A DNA stretch of 64,000 nt from Pelagomonas calceolata (lineage: Eukaryota). The stretch is from NCBI GenBank assembly GCA_918797485.1, contig CAKKNE010000006.1, positions 1,054,001 through 1,118,000 of the forward strand. The letters are read 5' to 3'. The notes beneath the pieces are model-generated. The model worked only from the letters and a program-made list of their open reading frames with translations. It had not been told where the DNA came from and did no database searches. Position numbers and translations under genes: made by a program. This document shows, in pieces, positions 30,510-41,144 of the stretch. How positions within the stretch are numbered: the stretch's first letter is position 1; the number at the start of each line of letters is the position of its first letter.

Positions 30510-31879
30510 ATGGCGCGGCGGCTCATCGTCCTCGCGGCGAGCTGCAGCGCCTTGGCGCCGCGCGCGCCCGTGAAGCCCACGCAGTTCTTCCGCGGCCGCT
30601 TCGACGGCAAGCAGTTCCGCACGGAGCCGCTGGAAGCGGCGACCTTCGACGAGTTCAGCACGGACGAGGGCGCCGCGGCACCGGGAAACCCGCAGCTCTT
30701 CACGGCGGACGGCGCGCCGCTCATGACGGCGCCCTGCTGCATTAAAGTGGTCGGCGTCGGCGGCGGCGGCGGCAACGCGGTGAATCGCATGGTCGAGACG
30801 GACGCGGGGAGTTTTGTGGATTTTTGGGCGATGAACACGGACGCGCAGGCAAGGTCGCGGTGTTACGGTGCCTTCACTTCTTCAATACGACTCGTCTCCA
30901 GGAATGATGGAATCGATCCGCGCAGGCGCTGTCGCGGTCGCTGGCGGGGAACACGATGAATATCGGAAGAGAGACGACGCGGGGCCTCGGTGCGGGCGGC
31001 ACGCCTGATGTGGGCCAGGCCGCGGCGGAAGAGTCGCGCGCGGAGATCGCCGCCGCCTTGTCGGGCGCGGACATGGTTTTCGTCACCGCGGGCATGGGCG
31101 GCGGCACCGGGAGCGGCGCCGCGCCGATCGTGGCTTCCGTAGCGAAGGAGCTCGGGGCGCTGACCGTGGGTGTTGTTACCAAACCCTTCGGCTTCGAAGG
31201 TAGGAAACGGGCGCAGCAGGCGGCGCAGGCCACGGCGCGGTTGCAGGAGGCCGTCGACACATTAATTGTGATCTCCAATGATCGGTTACTACAAATCGTG
31301 CCGGAAGGGACGACGATGGAGGGCGCCTTCCTCGTCGCCGACGACATCCTGAGGCAGGGCGTCGTCGGCATCAGCGAGATCATCATCAAGCCCGGGTTGA
31401 TTAATGTGGACTTCGCCGACGTTCGGTCGATCATGACGGACGCGGGCACGGCGTTGATGGGCATCGGCCAGTCCAAGGGCAAGGACCGAGCCGCCGAGGC
31501 GGCGGGCTTGGCGACGTCGTGTCCGCTGCTCGATTCGCAGTTCACGGCGGCGAAAGCCGTGGTCTTCAACATCTGCGGCCCGCCGGACCTGACGCTCGCC
31601 GAGGTCAACGCCGCCGCGGGCGTGATTTACGAAAACGTGGCGGCTGATGCCAATATTATATTTGGCGCGTCCGTCGACGAGAACATGGGCCAGGACGTGT
31701 CGGTGACCGTGCTGGCGACGGGCTTCGAGACGGGCTTGATGGACGCGTTAGGGGATGAGGTGTCTGCCGAGGGGGGCATGCCCTACTTCGGCGGCGAACC
31801 GGCAGCGCCGGCGGCGCCTGCAGCTAATCCGGTGGCGCCGGCGAAGAAGTCGGGCTTCCTCAAGCGGCTCGGCCGCTAG
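30510..31879 (+). CDS. ftsZ: Plastid division protein FtsZ; exons 30510-30848, 30926-31879
   Basis: [33 protein letters not shown] and GLINVDFAD. Signal peptide ending CSA-LAP (ASAFAP-like). Confidence 0.95.
30849..30925 (+). mobile_element. Introner-like GC-AG intron (77 bp)
   Basis: GCAAGG...GGTGCCTTCAC...CGACTCGTCTCCAGGAATG...CCGCGCAG. Restores NTDAQ|ALSRS. Confidence 0.85.
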
Positions 31880-32211
31880 GTCGTCTCCCCGGGTAAGTGG
31901 CGGGCGACTCTTTCTCGGTTCTCTGGACTCGTGGGCCGCGTCCTTCATGACTGCGTACCTCCTTCTAAGCAGAACCGCCTCGGAAAAACAGCCCCTCTCT
32001 ATCTGGTACGGCTAAATAAACCCTAGTGCCTCTCATCCCGCTAGCCTGAAAAAATTAGTGGTCATTTGCCCGCCGGCGCCCGCGTCGGTAGAGCTCGCAG
32101 CCGCCCGAGCGGTGGTCACAACGCTTGTGCGTGGTCCTTGGATACTGCCTCAGAAGCCCTGCGCTGCGCCGCAGCCGCAAGTGCTCCCTACATCGGAGAG
32201 CAACCAAAAGC

Positions 32212-32832
32212 ATGCCGACCGCCGACGTCGACACCGAGAACGCCGCCGTGCTTACCGTGCTGCGGGAGGCCGACGCGTTCTACCGCGAGCAGCAGCGGCT
32301 AGGGCGGACCGTGCGGCGAGGCTTCCTCGATTTAGCGAAAGCCAGGCAGCAGCACGGAGCCGGGAGCATCTCCGCGCTGAACCTGAGGAAGGACCTGGAA
32401 GCCCAGCAGTCGGTCGTACCTGTGGAAGATTTCGAAAAATGTAGCATCCAGGACCTGTCCGCGGCGACGCCGTTCCGACTGCGACGGGGCCCGCCCGGCG
32501 AGGCGCGCGAACCGGCCCTCCCGGAACCTTCTGAGCGGCGCCTGCGCCAGCGCAACAACGGCGACAGCCCGTCCGAGAGCGTGTCTTCGGCGGACGAGGG
32601 GACCACCGGCGAGCAGGACACGATGCTGCTCTTCGCGGGCATGCCGCCTCCAGCACTACGCAAGGCGAAGCGCGAGTTCGTCAACGCGCTGAACCAGGCC
32701 GTGCGGCTGGCGAACTCGGCGCGGCGGCTGGACCGGGCGCTCAAGGTGCTGGAGTTGGCGGACACGGCGGGGCAGGACCCGCCGCTGGCCGAGTCGTCGG
32801 CGCCGGGCCAGGACCCGTCGCTGGCCTTCTAG
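32212..32832 (+). CDS. CCDC115/Vma22-like V-ATPase assembly factor
   Basis: GFLDLAKARQQHG and DTMLLFAGMPPPALRKAKREF match the two conserved CCDC115 blocks as I recall them. Confidence 0.7.
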   Translation: MPTADVDTENAAVLTVLREADAFYREQQRLGRTVRRGFLDLAKARQQHGAGSISALNLRKDLEAQQSVVPVEDFEKCSIQDLSAATPFRLRRGPPGEAREPALPEPSERRLRQRNNGDSPSESVSSADEGTTGEQDTMLLFAGMPPPALRKAKREFVNALNQAVRLANSARRLDRALKVLELADTAGQDPPLAESSAPGQDPSLAF

Positions 32833-32867
32833 CGGGCTGGAGCAGTAGGCCCTAACTTATGATGTGA

Positions 32868-33314
32868 TTAGTCGCCCCCGAGCGTCTCGTGCCGTAATGA
32901 ATCAAGCACCTCTAGCGGAGGCGGCACGCCCAGCGCCGCCTCACGTTTCCGACGCTTCGACGCCTCGAGCAAGGCCCGTCCGACTTGGTCGGCCGTGGCG
33001 AGGCGCACGCGCCGTGATGGCGCCTTGTGAGTCGCATCAGAACGGGGCGGAGAGTACGGCTGCGCCTTCGCCGCCTCAACTCTCAAGTCGTGCTCGTCGC
33101 GCAAATGTAAATAGAGCTCCTCGGGGTCGTAGTCCGCCGGGTTTCGGGTCGGCGAGACGCGGTAGACGCGCGCGACGGCCGCGCCCGTAAGGTGAGCCAT
33201 CCTTTGCGCTCGTCTTTGCCGCGCGACGTAGGTTTGCTCCGTGCCGTGGGCGTCCCTCCTCAACTTCTCGCGGAGCGTCTGCTCGCCGGCGGCGGCCAGC
33301 GGGGCGGCGGCCAT
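32868..33314 (-). CDS. Hypothetical protein (148 aa)
   Basis: ATG ORF with host-like codons. Confidence 0.5.
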   Translation of the reverse strand: MAAAPLAAAGEQTLREKLRRDAHGTEQTYVARQRRAQRMAHLTGAAVARVYRVSPTRNPADYDPEELYLHLRDEHDLRVEAAKAQPYSPPRSDATHKAPSRRVRLATADQVGRALLEASKRRKREAALGVPPPLEVLDSLRHETLGGD

Positions 33315-33796
33315 GTCCCTGTCGCGTCGCGGAGATGGTGTGAGCTGCTGCCCCACTGCTGCTGCTGCCCTGGGTATGGGGGTGCTTGTCTCGGCGCGTC
33401 CGGGGCAGCGCGCAGCGATCAAGGACGGCGCGTCGACGTTCCCTGCGCGGTGATTCACGTCGCTCGCAGCCGTCGCGCGCGTTTTGGTCGGGAGAGCAAA
33501 ATGGCGCTGCTGCGGTTTTGCGTGCTCGCGGCGCCACCCCGCCAGCCGTCGGGGCGCGCGCCACGCGATCAAAGGGCCCGTCGTAGCGCTCGCGAGCGGG
33601 TAACTTCCGCGCGGGTTTGCAGGGGTTTGGGGGTTTCAGCTTTTTGCAAGCGTGTGCCTCTGGCAATACGCATCCGGGCACCGAAGGGCTGGGCACGGAG
33701 CACCGAGGCAACCCCAGACGTGTCCATCAAAGGCCTGGTCCGCAAGCACGGCGCCGCGGCGGGCGCGGGGCAGCCTCCCAGACCCACAGAGCCAGG

Positions 33797-34252
33797 ATGG
33801 GCTCCGGCGCCTCGAAAGCCAATGCGCCGAAGAATACCAAAAGAAAGAAGAACGACCCCCGCGCCCAGCTCGAGCGGCTGGTCCAGGGCGGCAACGTCCG
33901 CGGCGTCGCGGATTTGCTCAGCAAAAAAACCGAGCTTACGAATTCACCACTCGACGACAAGTCGGGCACGCGGGCCATCCACATCGCCTGCAGGAACGGT
34001 GATAGAGATATGATCCGGGAACTCATGAAGCGGAACTGCTTCCTGAACCAGAAAGATTCGAAGGGATGTACGGCGCTCATGCTCGCGGCGGCCGCGGGCC
34101 ACGACAAGATCGTTAAATTGATTGTCGATTCAGGAGCGGATGTCCGGATGAAGGATAAAAATGACGATACAGCATTAGAATACGCGGAGAAAAACAACCG
34201 GCCGAAGGTGAAGGAGCTCCTCAACTTATATGCGTGCGAGTACACGTGGTGA
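33797..34252 (+). CDS. Small ankyrin-repeat protein with N-myristoylation motif
   Basis: MGSGAS start, GTRAIHIACRNG, GCTALMLAAAAGH and DTALEYA. Confidence 0.88.
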   Translation: MGSGASKANAPKNTKRKKNDPRAQLERLVQGGNVRGVADLLSKKTELTNSPLDDKSGTRAIHIACRNGDRDMIRELMKRNCFLNQKDSKGCTALMLAAAAGHDKIVKLIVDSGADVRMKDKNDDTALEYAEKNNRPKVKELLNLYACEYTW

Positions 34253-34514
34253 CCCTAACTTTGTATATTATTATTCTTATCTTCCGGTTTTGCGTGTGCC
34301 TATCGGCCTTTGGCGCGCTAGTGTCTTACAGGACGCTAGCCAGCGCGGCCTTTAAGCTTTTTGGACTTTTTGGCGGGCGTACAACTCGTCCCGGTGTCCA
34401 CCAAGGCGGCAGAGCAGCGCTACCAACCCTTTTCGTTGCGCCACCGCAGCCACGCGTCCCACCGCGGGTGGCATACACTATAACTTTCGTATCCAGTACC
34501 CAGCTCTCACACCC

Positions 34515-34566
34515 AGCACGCCGTCGAGCACGCCGTCGAGCACGCCGTCGAGCACGCCGTCGAGCA
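34515..34566. repeat. 12-bp tandem repeat (AGCACGCCGTCG) x4 immediately before ATG 34570
   Basis: Directly visible in the sequence. Confidence 0.9.
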
Positions 34567-34569
34567 GCC

Positions 34570-35094
34570 ATGGCCGACGCGACCATGCAGCCCTGCGACG
34601 CCTTGAGGATCGCACTCCTAACGCGAGACGGCGCCGAAATTAGGCACTGGTTAGATGATGGGAGTTTGGTGCTCGTCCGCTGCGGCAAGGACGCGCTACG
34701 AATAAGAGCCTTGGTAAGAAGCGAGGCGCTGACGTGCGCGACCTACGCCGCCCGGTTGGACGACGCCCAAATCGACAAGTTCCAGGACCGCGTGGGTTTA
34801 GATTATGAGGCCGACGCCGTCGCGGCGTTCGCCGAAGATTTCGCCCGGGCGCTGTGCATACAACCACTTCTGTCCCCGTGCGACGACGACCTGGATTTGA
34901 CGTTGGACTTCTCGGGCGCCGGCGTCGGTTCGGCGAAACTGAGGCTGCGCGCGGACGGGAAGGTGTCGGTGGGCCTGCTCGACGACCTGGCCGCGCACTT
35001 CGCGCCGGCGAAGACGGAGGCCCCGGCGCCGCAGGGCCTCTCTCAAAAGCGGACGGCGCGGGCCTTCCAGCCGTCGAAGAAGCGGCGGGCGTAA
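34570..35094 (+). CDS. Hypothetical protein (174 aa) with C-terminal basic NLS-like tail
   Basis: GCCATGG start and host-like codons. Confidence 0.6.
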   Translation: MADATMQPCDALRIALLTRDGAEIRHWLDDGSLVLVRCGKDALRIRALVRSEALTCATYAARLDDAQIDKFQDRVGLDYEADAVAAFAEDFARALCIQPLLSPCDDDLDLTLDFSGAGVGSAKLRLRADGKVSVGLLDDLAAHFAPAKTEAPAPQGLSQKRTARAFQPSKKRRA

Positions 35095-35110
35095 TTACAT
35101 GTGAACAAAG

Positions 35111-35842
35111 TTAGTAGTAGCCCGCGTGGAGCCAGAACTCGAGGATCTTCCGGACGAGCTCCGGCGGAAGCAGGGGCGTCTCTAGGATCGCCGTGAGCCG
35201 CGCGAGGTGGGCCTGCTCGTACCGTTTGAAGCCGCCGGCGCTTTTGACTCGTTGGATGTACGGGTCCGTGTTATTGGTGGGGATATCAGCACCGGCGCGC
35301 AAGAATACTGGCCACATGTGGCGAAGCGTTTCTTCACGGAGTGCGACGGCAAAAGGCGTAGCCCCAAGAAGAAGCGGGCCCCCTGACGTGGTTGCCACGT
35401 TCACGGCGGCGCCTGCTTTCAGGAGCAACTCAACGCACTCGGTGGACCTCCTAACTCCTATGTGGCCGGCCGCTGCCCAGTGGAGCGGTGTATAACCACC
35501 GGAGTTCGTCACATTGACATTCACGCCCGCTTCGAGTAGAAGCGACAAAATTGTTGTTCTCCCTTTAGCGGCAAAGTGAAGTACAGTACTGGCTTGTGGG
35601 TGTCCCCCGGTTCTCGCTTCCAGATTTGCCCCGGCGTCCCGAAGGAGCTTGAAGCAGGCGACGCGATCACTTGTATCGCTGTCGTCGCGGTCATGGTGCT
35701 CGAGCAAATGAAGCAAAGGCGACCACCGTTCACCCGGATTATCATCGAGCACATCTGGCGAGACCCCGCCTGCAAGGATTCGGCGGAGCGCCGCAACATT
35801 CCCTTCGCGTGCAGCCTTGTGGATGGGAGCCATGTATGCCAT
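35111..35842 (-). CDS. Ankyrin-repeat protein
   Basis: PIHKAAREG, TVLHFAA, GYTPLHWAA and LLLKAGA. Confidence 0.88.
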   Translation of the reverse strand: MAYMAPIHKAAREGNVAALRRILAGGVSPDVLDDNPGERWSPLLHLLEHHDRDDSDTSDRVACFKLLRDAGANLEARTGGHPQASTVLHFAAKGRTTILSLLLEAGVNVNVTNSGGYTPLHWAAAGHIGVRRSTECVELLLKAGAAVNVATTSGGPLLLGATPFAVALREETLRHMWPVFLRAGADIPTNNTDPYIQRVKSAGGFKRYEQAHLARLTAILETPLLPPELVRKILEFWLHAGYY

Positions 35843-36152
35843 GTATAATTGTTGTTATGAGTCAGCGATCATGGAACAGCCGAGTACTGCGCACAGGCGC
35901 TGCGGCACGAACTAAGACCAACTTTTGGGGGCTCCTGTCGCGATTTGCCTGCGATGCGGATGACCCGGCATTGACCAGGAGCTAGCGTCGTGTCAGGTAC
36001 TAGCAATTTATATCCGGACGGGAGGGCCCGGGGGGAGCGGGAGGGGTACGGGGGACCCTGCGACGTAACTAGCCTGAGCCTGATATCGGCTCTCTTCCGC
36101 GATGCGTCTGCGAACAGCGGCACGCCGTCACCGCGGAAAAACATTCACTACC

Positions 36153-37991
36153 TTACACGAGCCCCTTCTTCTTCCCGCCGCCCTTGCGGATGGGCTCGAC
36201 CGCCGCGCCCGCGCGGACCGACACCGCGGGCCGCGTCAACTTCTTGACCGCCGGCGCGGCGTTCCAATCATTACCAACGGGCCGCGCCATGTAGCGCTCA
36301 TATTCACTTCGTGAAGTGAAAGGGTAGGGCACCTGGGCGACCTTGAGCAGGCCGGCCTTCTTGTGGCGTTTCGCGTTCAGGATGACGCGCGGGTTCGCGG
36401 CGGCGCGCGTCGGCGGTACGATGGTCACAGGTGCTTCCTTGCGCTTCTTCTTCGGTCGCGCCGCGGGCGCGCCCTCGCCGGCCCACGAGCCCCAACCAAG
36501 CAGGTCGGGCTGCTCCGGCGGCCTCTCCGGCGCGAGCTCCTCGCTGCGTTGCGCCGCGAAGTCCTCCTGGTCCTTGTCGTCGAAGGCCATGTGTAATAAG
36601 TCTTGCTGCGACAGCTTCGTGAGCGGCGCGTTCTCGGTCGGAGGAGGTGGCGCGCTCTCTTCGGGCGCTTGCGTGACGGAGCCCGTCCGCAGTCTCGGCG
36701 GCTCGACTTCCACATGCTTCTGGGAGACGGCGCGGCCGCGCGCGCGGGCCTTGCGCGCCGCCGCGAGCCAGGCGCCCTCGCCCCCGGACGCTGGGGCCTC
36801 CGCGGCGGCCGCCCGCGCTTTCTTCGTGGCCGCGCCGGTGCCATCGGCCGCCGCCGGCGCGGCCGCCGGCGCCGCGGCCGCGGCGGCCGCGCCGCGCTTC
36901 CGGCGCACCTTGAGCGAGTTGCCCTGGAGCGCCACGGTTGGCGGCGCTTCCGCTTCGGCGGGCGCGTCGCCGGACAGCGCCGCGAGCTCCCGCAACGCCG
37001 CGCCGTCCTCGTCGTCGTCGTCCGAAGACGCGTTTCCCGCCTCGAGCTCCTCCAGCAGCCTCTCGGCGTCCTCCCTTGCTCTAGCTCGTTGCGCCTCGCG
37101 CGCCTTCACCATGAACTTCATGTTCAGCAACGCGCCACCAGGTTGTTCTTCATCGACACACTCCCCGAGCGAAGCCTTGGCCTTCGCGATCAACTCCTCG
37201 CGACTCTCGTCGGAATCCGACTCGTCCTCAGATGAGGACTGCTCCTGCTTCTTCGCGAGCTCCCTACGTAGAGCTTCATTATCTCTCATTTCTCGACGAC
37301 GAGACTCGACCGCACCTCGACCCCGCATCTTCGTGGACCGCGCCCAGGCCGAGGTGGATGCGTGTCGCAAATCCATCCTCTCTTGGGCTCGTTTCGTCGC
37401 GAGCTCGTCATCTCTAGCTTCCCGGAGTGAGGGATCGGCCTCGGCGGCCGCCTCGCGCGCCGCCTCGTCGCGCTTCTTCAGGCGCTTCCTTCTAAGTCGA
37501 GCGTACGCTTTAGACTTGACTTTAGCGTGGTACTTGGCTTTCCGTTCGGCGAAGAAGAGTAAAGAACGTGTCTTGGCCAGCTCTTTTCTTCTCTCATCAG
37601 CGTCATCTCTCTCCTCGAGCGCTTCGTCCTCCCGCGCTTGCACCGCTTGATCCGTATGGGCCGACGCTTGCTGCAGGATCTGCTCGACGCGCCGCTCGAG
37701 CGGCGTGTCTGCAAAAAAAGACGAGGCTAATTGAGACGTGGACGTCTGTTCGGCCTCTCTTTTCCCAAAATTCAGGGAAGACGTTTTTCTTTCTGCGTCT
37801 ATGGTATCATCCCACTGATCAGCAGTCTTTTTCGTCTCGTCATAAGCTAATTGTCGCTGGGCGCGGCGCTCGGTCGCGTGGGCGACCGGGACGGCTACGA
37901 CTTGTTTCTGCGTTAGTTCCTTCGATTTGAGGGCGAGGTCCTGGGCGGCCGTGCCGCTCGTCGCCGCGAGGTCGTCGAGGGTGAGGGACAT
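36153..37991 (-). CDS. UTP14: U3 snoRNA-associated protein 14
   Basis: KVKSKAY, RAQERMDLRH, MKFM, GWGSWAGEG and VPYPFTS..YE....PVG..WN. Confidence 0.9.
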   Translation of the reverse strand: MSLTLDDLAATSGTAAQDLALKSKELTQKQVVAVPVAHATERRAQRQLAYDETKKTADQWDDTIDAERKTSSLNFGKREAEQTSTSQLASSFFADTPLERRVEQILQQASAHTDQAVQAREDEALEERDDADERRKELAKTRSLLFFAERKAKYHAKVKSKAYARLRRKRLKKRDEAAREAAAEADPSLREARDDELATKRAQERMDLRHASTSAWARSTKMRGRGAVESRRREMRDNEALRRELAKKQEQSSSEDESDSDESREELIAKAKASLGECVDEEQPGGALLNMKFMVKAREAQRARAREDAERLLEELEAGNASSDDDDEDGAALRELAALSGDAPAEAEAPPTVALQGNSLKVRRKRGAAAAAAAPAAAPAAADGTGAATKKARAAAAEAPASGGEGAWLAAARKARARGRAVSQKHVEVEPPRLRTGSVTQAPEESAPPPPTENAPLTKLSQQDLLHMAFDDKDQEDFAAQRSEELAPERPPEQPDLLGWGSWAGEGAPAARPKKKRKEAPVTIVPPTRAAANPRVILNAKRHKKAGLLKVAQVPYPFTSRSEYERYMARPVGNDWNAAPAVKKLTRPAVSVRAGAAVEPIRKGGGKKKGLV

Positions 37992-38369
37992 CGCGTCGGC
38001 GGCGTGCTGGTTGCTGCACAGTGCGTGTGGCGAGGTTCGTACTGCTAAGCGCGTTGCGGTTGCTGTGGCGCCTTTGCAGCAGCAATGAGCTGCAGATGCA
38101 CCAGCGATTTGTGCTTGACTCTCGACGCGCTCAACGCTGGGCCAAGCTCATCGCCTGAAGGCTGAACCTGAAGGTATGGTACCGTGGTATCGGTGGTACC
38201 AGCTTGTACCACGGTACCTCGGGGTCAGGAGCCTGTCGCAGGCACTGATACCCTTCGTGGCGCCCGCACGCGTCGTCCGTCGGCGCCGCGCGAGCGCGCC
38301 CCGAGCTATGGGTCATCCTAGATAGACTTGGATAAATAAACAACCCTCCCCCCTACGCCGTCGCCGCAC

Positions 38370-41144
38370 TTAACCGTTCGCGTGCTGGTCGAGCTTCTTC
38401 CGTTGAGCTTTCTTGGCAGCTAATTTAAACTTCAAGATGTCCCCTTGATACCTTTCCACCTTCTTCTTGTCGCAGATCCAGATCTCCTTGGCCACTTGCG
38501 AGATGAGGCGCATGTCGTGACTGACCAGCACGAGTCCACCCTTGAAATTATTGATCATTTTGGCCAACGAATCGATCGACTCCATATCTAAGTGGTTCGT
38601 CGGCTCGTCGAGCATGAGTAAGTGGGGCTTGTCCATGGCCAACTTCGCAAACACGATCCGCGCCTTCTGGCCGTCCGACAACTGCTTCATGGGCATTTCT
38701 TGTTGTTTGGCAGTGCACCCGTACCTTCCAAGCCAAGTTCTAGCCATTTCTAATTTAGTGAAAACTTTGGGGTACAAGGCGTGGATCCACTCCAATGCAT
38801 TTTTATCTAAATCTAACACGTCCTCGAAGTGCTGCGTGAACTTCGCCATCCTCAGGTGGCTATGCGGCCGCACGGCGCCCGACCTGCGTCGAACGACCGC
38901 GTCGCGAAACTGCCGCGGCTCTCTCACGCGACGCGCAGACTCTCTGACGGCCACGTCGACGGCGTTGAGGCGACGCGGCACCGCCTCGACGCCATCGCCG
39001 CGACCCCGGCAAGTTCAAGTTCATTTTCTACTCTGAGTCACCGACGTCGGTTGCAGTTCGCCCGTCATCAGCTTGACGAAGGTCGTCTTGCCGGCGCCGT
39101 TCGGGCCCACCAACGCTATTCGTGATTGTAAGTCAATACCAAGATCCAAGTTGTGGTAGAGCGGCTCGCTGTTCGGGTAGGCGAAGGACACGTCTTGAAT
39201 CATCAATACTGGAGTAGGTAACTCGCCTGCGTGCGTGCGGTCACGGCGACGCCATCGACGCGACCGCGTACGCTCCGACACGCCACACGGTCCGAATCGG
39301 CCCAAATTTGGACCAGAGACCACCCATCGCCTTCTCTGGTGGAGCCGACGCGCGTCGATGGCGTAAGGTTCAATGTCGACGCTGCGCTACTGACCTGGGT
39401 CCGGGAACGAGAAGTCCCACTCCGCGTCCCTTTGCGGCTTTTCCGTGAGGCCCTCCTCCAACTTTTTTTGTAGTAATTTCTCTCGCGATTGCGCCTGGCG
39501 CACCATCTTGACCGTGCCGTGGCCGAACCTGTGTGTGGACGCGACTCGTGGCCATCTCACGAGGTCGTGGGTGGTCTCAAATTCGATTTTGAGTGGATTC
39601 GGACGCCGCTTCTAACCGCGCGATAAAATCTTTAATTTCCGCGATGTCCCGCTGCTCCGCGTCATATTTCCGTTGCTGCTCGTCGTCGCGGATCGACCGC
39701 TCGCGCACGTACGAATCGTAGTTGCCCGTGTAATAGTCGAGCTTCTTCGTGTGCTCGTTCAACCTGTGTGAGACGCCGTCGACGCGACTCGTCTCCGTCA
39801 GACGAGGTCGTGGGACGCCGCGGCGGCACCGCACAATATGCGTACACACCCCGTTCATGAAGTCCTGGCTATGACTCACGAAAAACAAGATCTTCGACCA
39901 CCCCGCGAGGTAGTCTTCCAGCCAGAAGACGGCCTCCATGTCCTGTGTGGCACGGACGCCGTCGCGACACCGCCGCGGCTCGCTCACGAGACGCGTCGAC
40001 TCTCTCACGGCCCCGTCGATTGTGTAGAGGTGGCGTGACCATCGACGCGAACTTCAACTTCGGGTCATGCTGAGGGCAAGACGCTGAGTCAGCACCAGGT
40101 GGTTCGTCGGCTCGTCCAGTACTAAGCAGGTCGGTTGTAAAAATAAAGCTCGTGCTAGAGCTACGCGCATGCGCCAGCCACCGCTGAACGACTTCGTGGG
40201 CATCTTCTGCATCTTTGGCGTGAAGCCGAGGCCGTGGAGGATGGCCGAGGCTCGCGCTTCGGCCGTCGCCGCGTCGAGTTCATCGAGGCGCTCATACAGC
40301 GCTTGCAACCTCTGATTTAATTGTTCTTGTTCTTCTTCATCAGCATCTGCTAATGCGTCGTTGATCTTCTCGGCCTCGGCTTCCTGTGTGGCACGGACAC
40401 CGTTCACTCGCGAGACGCGCAGACTCTCTGACGGCCACGTCGACGCAACTCGAAGGTCGGAAACAGACGCCGAGTCCGCACGAGGGCCTTGCGCTCGTCG
40501 TCGACCTCGAAGACCGCATCCAGCGCCGGCGTGTCCGTCGCCGGGTACTCCTGATCTAAAAAAAACAAGTCGATCGACTCGGGGATCGGTAAACACCTGG
40601 CAGCTATCGCCTTCATGATCGTGCTCTTGCCGCTCCCGTTCGGCCCGATGAAGCCGTAGCGGTTGCCGTAGTTCAGGGCGAAGTCCGTATTTTCGATCAA
40701 ATTGGCGCCGTGGAACGAGATCGTGACGTCTCTCACCGAAATGTCTTTCGCGTGGGCATGTTGCTCCTTTTGGGACGCGAAGGTCGCGATGATGTGCTCT
40801 TCCCTCGCTAATCTATCAGCCTCGGACTCGTCGACGCGTGCCGCCATCGCAGCTTCTTGCTGCGCGAGTTTCTCCAAATTCTCCTTCGACTTCTTTTTAG
40901 AAAGGGGCTTTCCCTTGGCCGCCTTCTTCGCGTCGCGTTTCGCCTTCGCCTCGGCCTTCTTCCGCTCTTTTTCCGCCTTCTGCTCTTCTTTGCTTAGTTT
41001 TTTTTCAAACAACTGGTCCTCGCCCTTGCCCATGGCGGCGTCTCTCGTGTCGTTCACTTCCTTGTGCGTCGCGTCGAGGCCGTCCAATTTTCTCGCTTCG
41101 GCCCACTCGGCCTTCTTGGCCTGCTTGGCGGCCCAGCCGGACAT
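38370..41144 (-). CDS. ABCF2: ABC-F family ATPase (ABCF2-like), 7 exons: 41144-40482, 40383-40096, 39942-39830, 39763-39617, 39528-39395, 39226-39046, 38883-38370 (~679 aa)
   Basis: Two NBDs: [26 protein letters not shown] and [23 protein letters not shown]. Linker IARFGHG. No TM domains. Confidence 0.92.
38884..39045 (-). mobile_element. Introner-like intron (162 bp)
   Basis: The donor GTCGGTGA mirrors the exon start GTCGGGCG. Carries the GAGAGTCTGCGCGTC module. Confidence 0.8.
39227..39394 (-). mobile_element. Introner-like intron (168 bp)
   Basis: Module CGCCATCGACGCG..GGGTGGTCTCTGGTCCAAATTTGGGCCGATTCGGACCG is shared with 58203-58348 and 62152-62336. Confidence 0.85.
39529..39616 (-). 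mobile_element. Introner-like intron (88 bp), internal module antisense to the gene
   Basis: GACTCGTGGCCATCTCACGAGGTCGTGGGTGG reads on + while the gene is on -. Restores IAR|FGHG. Confidence 0.85.
39764..39829 (-). mobile_element. Introner-like intron (66 bp, in-frame, stopless)
   Basis: GTGCCGCCGCGGCGTCC...GAGACGAGTCGCGTCGACGGCG...CACACAG. Confidence 0.78.
39943..40095 (-). mobile_element. Introner-like intron (153 bp)
   Basis: GTGCTGACTCAGCGTC...CGTGCCACACAG. Restores [11 protein letters not shown]. Confidence 0.88.
40384..40481 (-). mobile_element. Introner-like intron (98 bp)
   Basis: GTGCGGACTCGGCGTCTGTTTCCGA...CGTGCCACACAG. Confidence 0.85.

Noticed and set aside
30510..31879. FtsZ (and AMT at 54565) as bacterial contamination
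   Set aside because: Both contain family introns, and FtsZ has a plastid-targeting-like presequence.
36343..37650. 435-aa + strand ORF
   Set aside because: Antisense shadow of UTP14.
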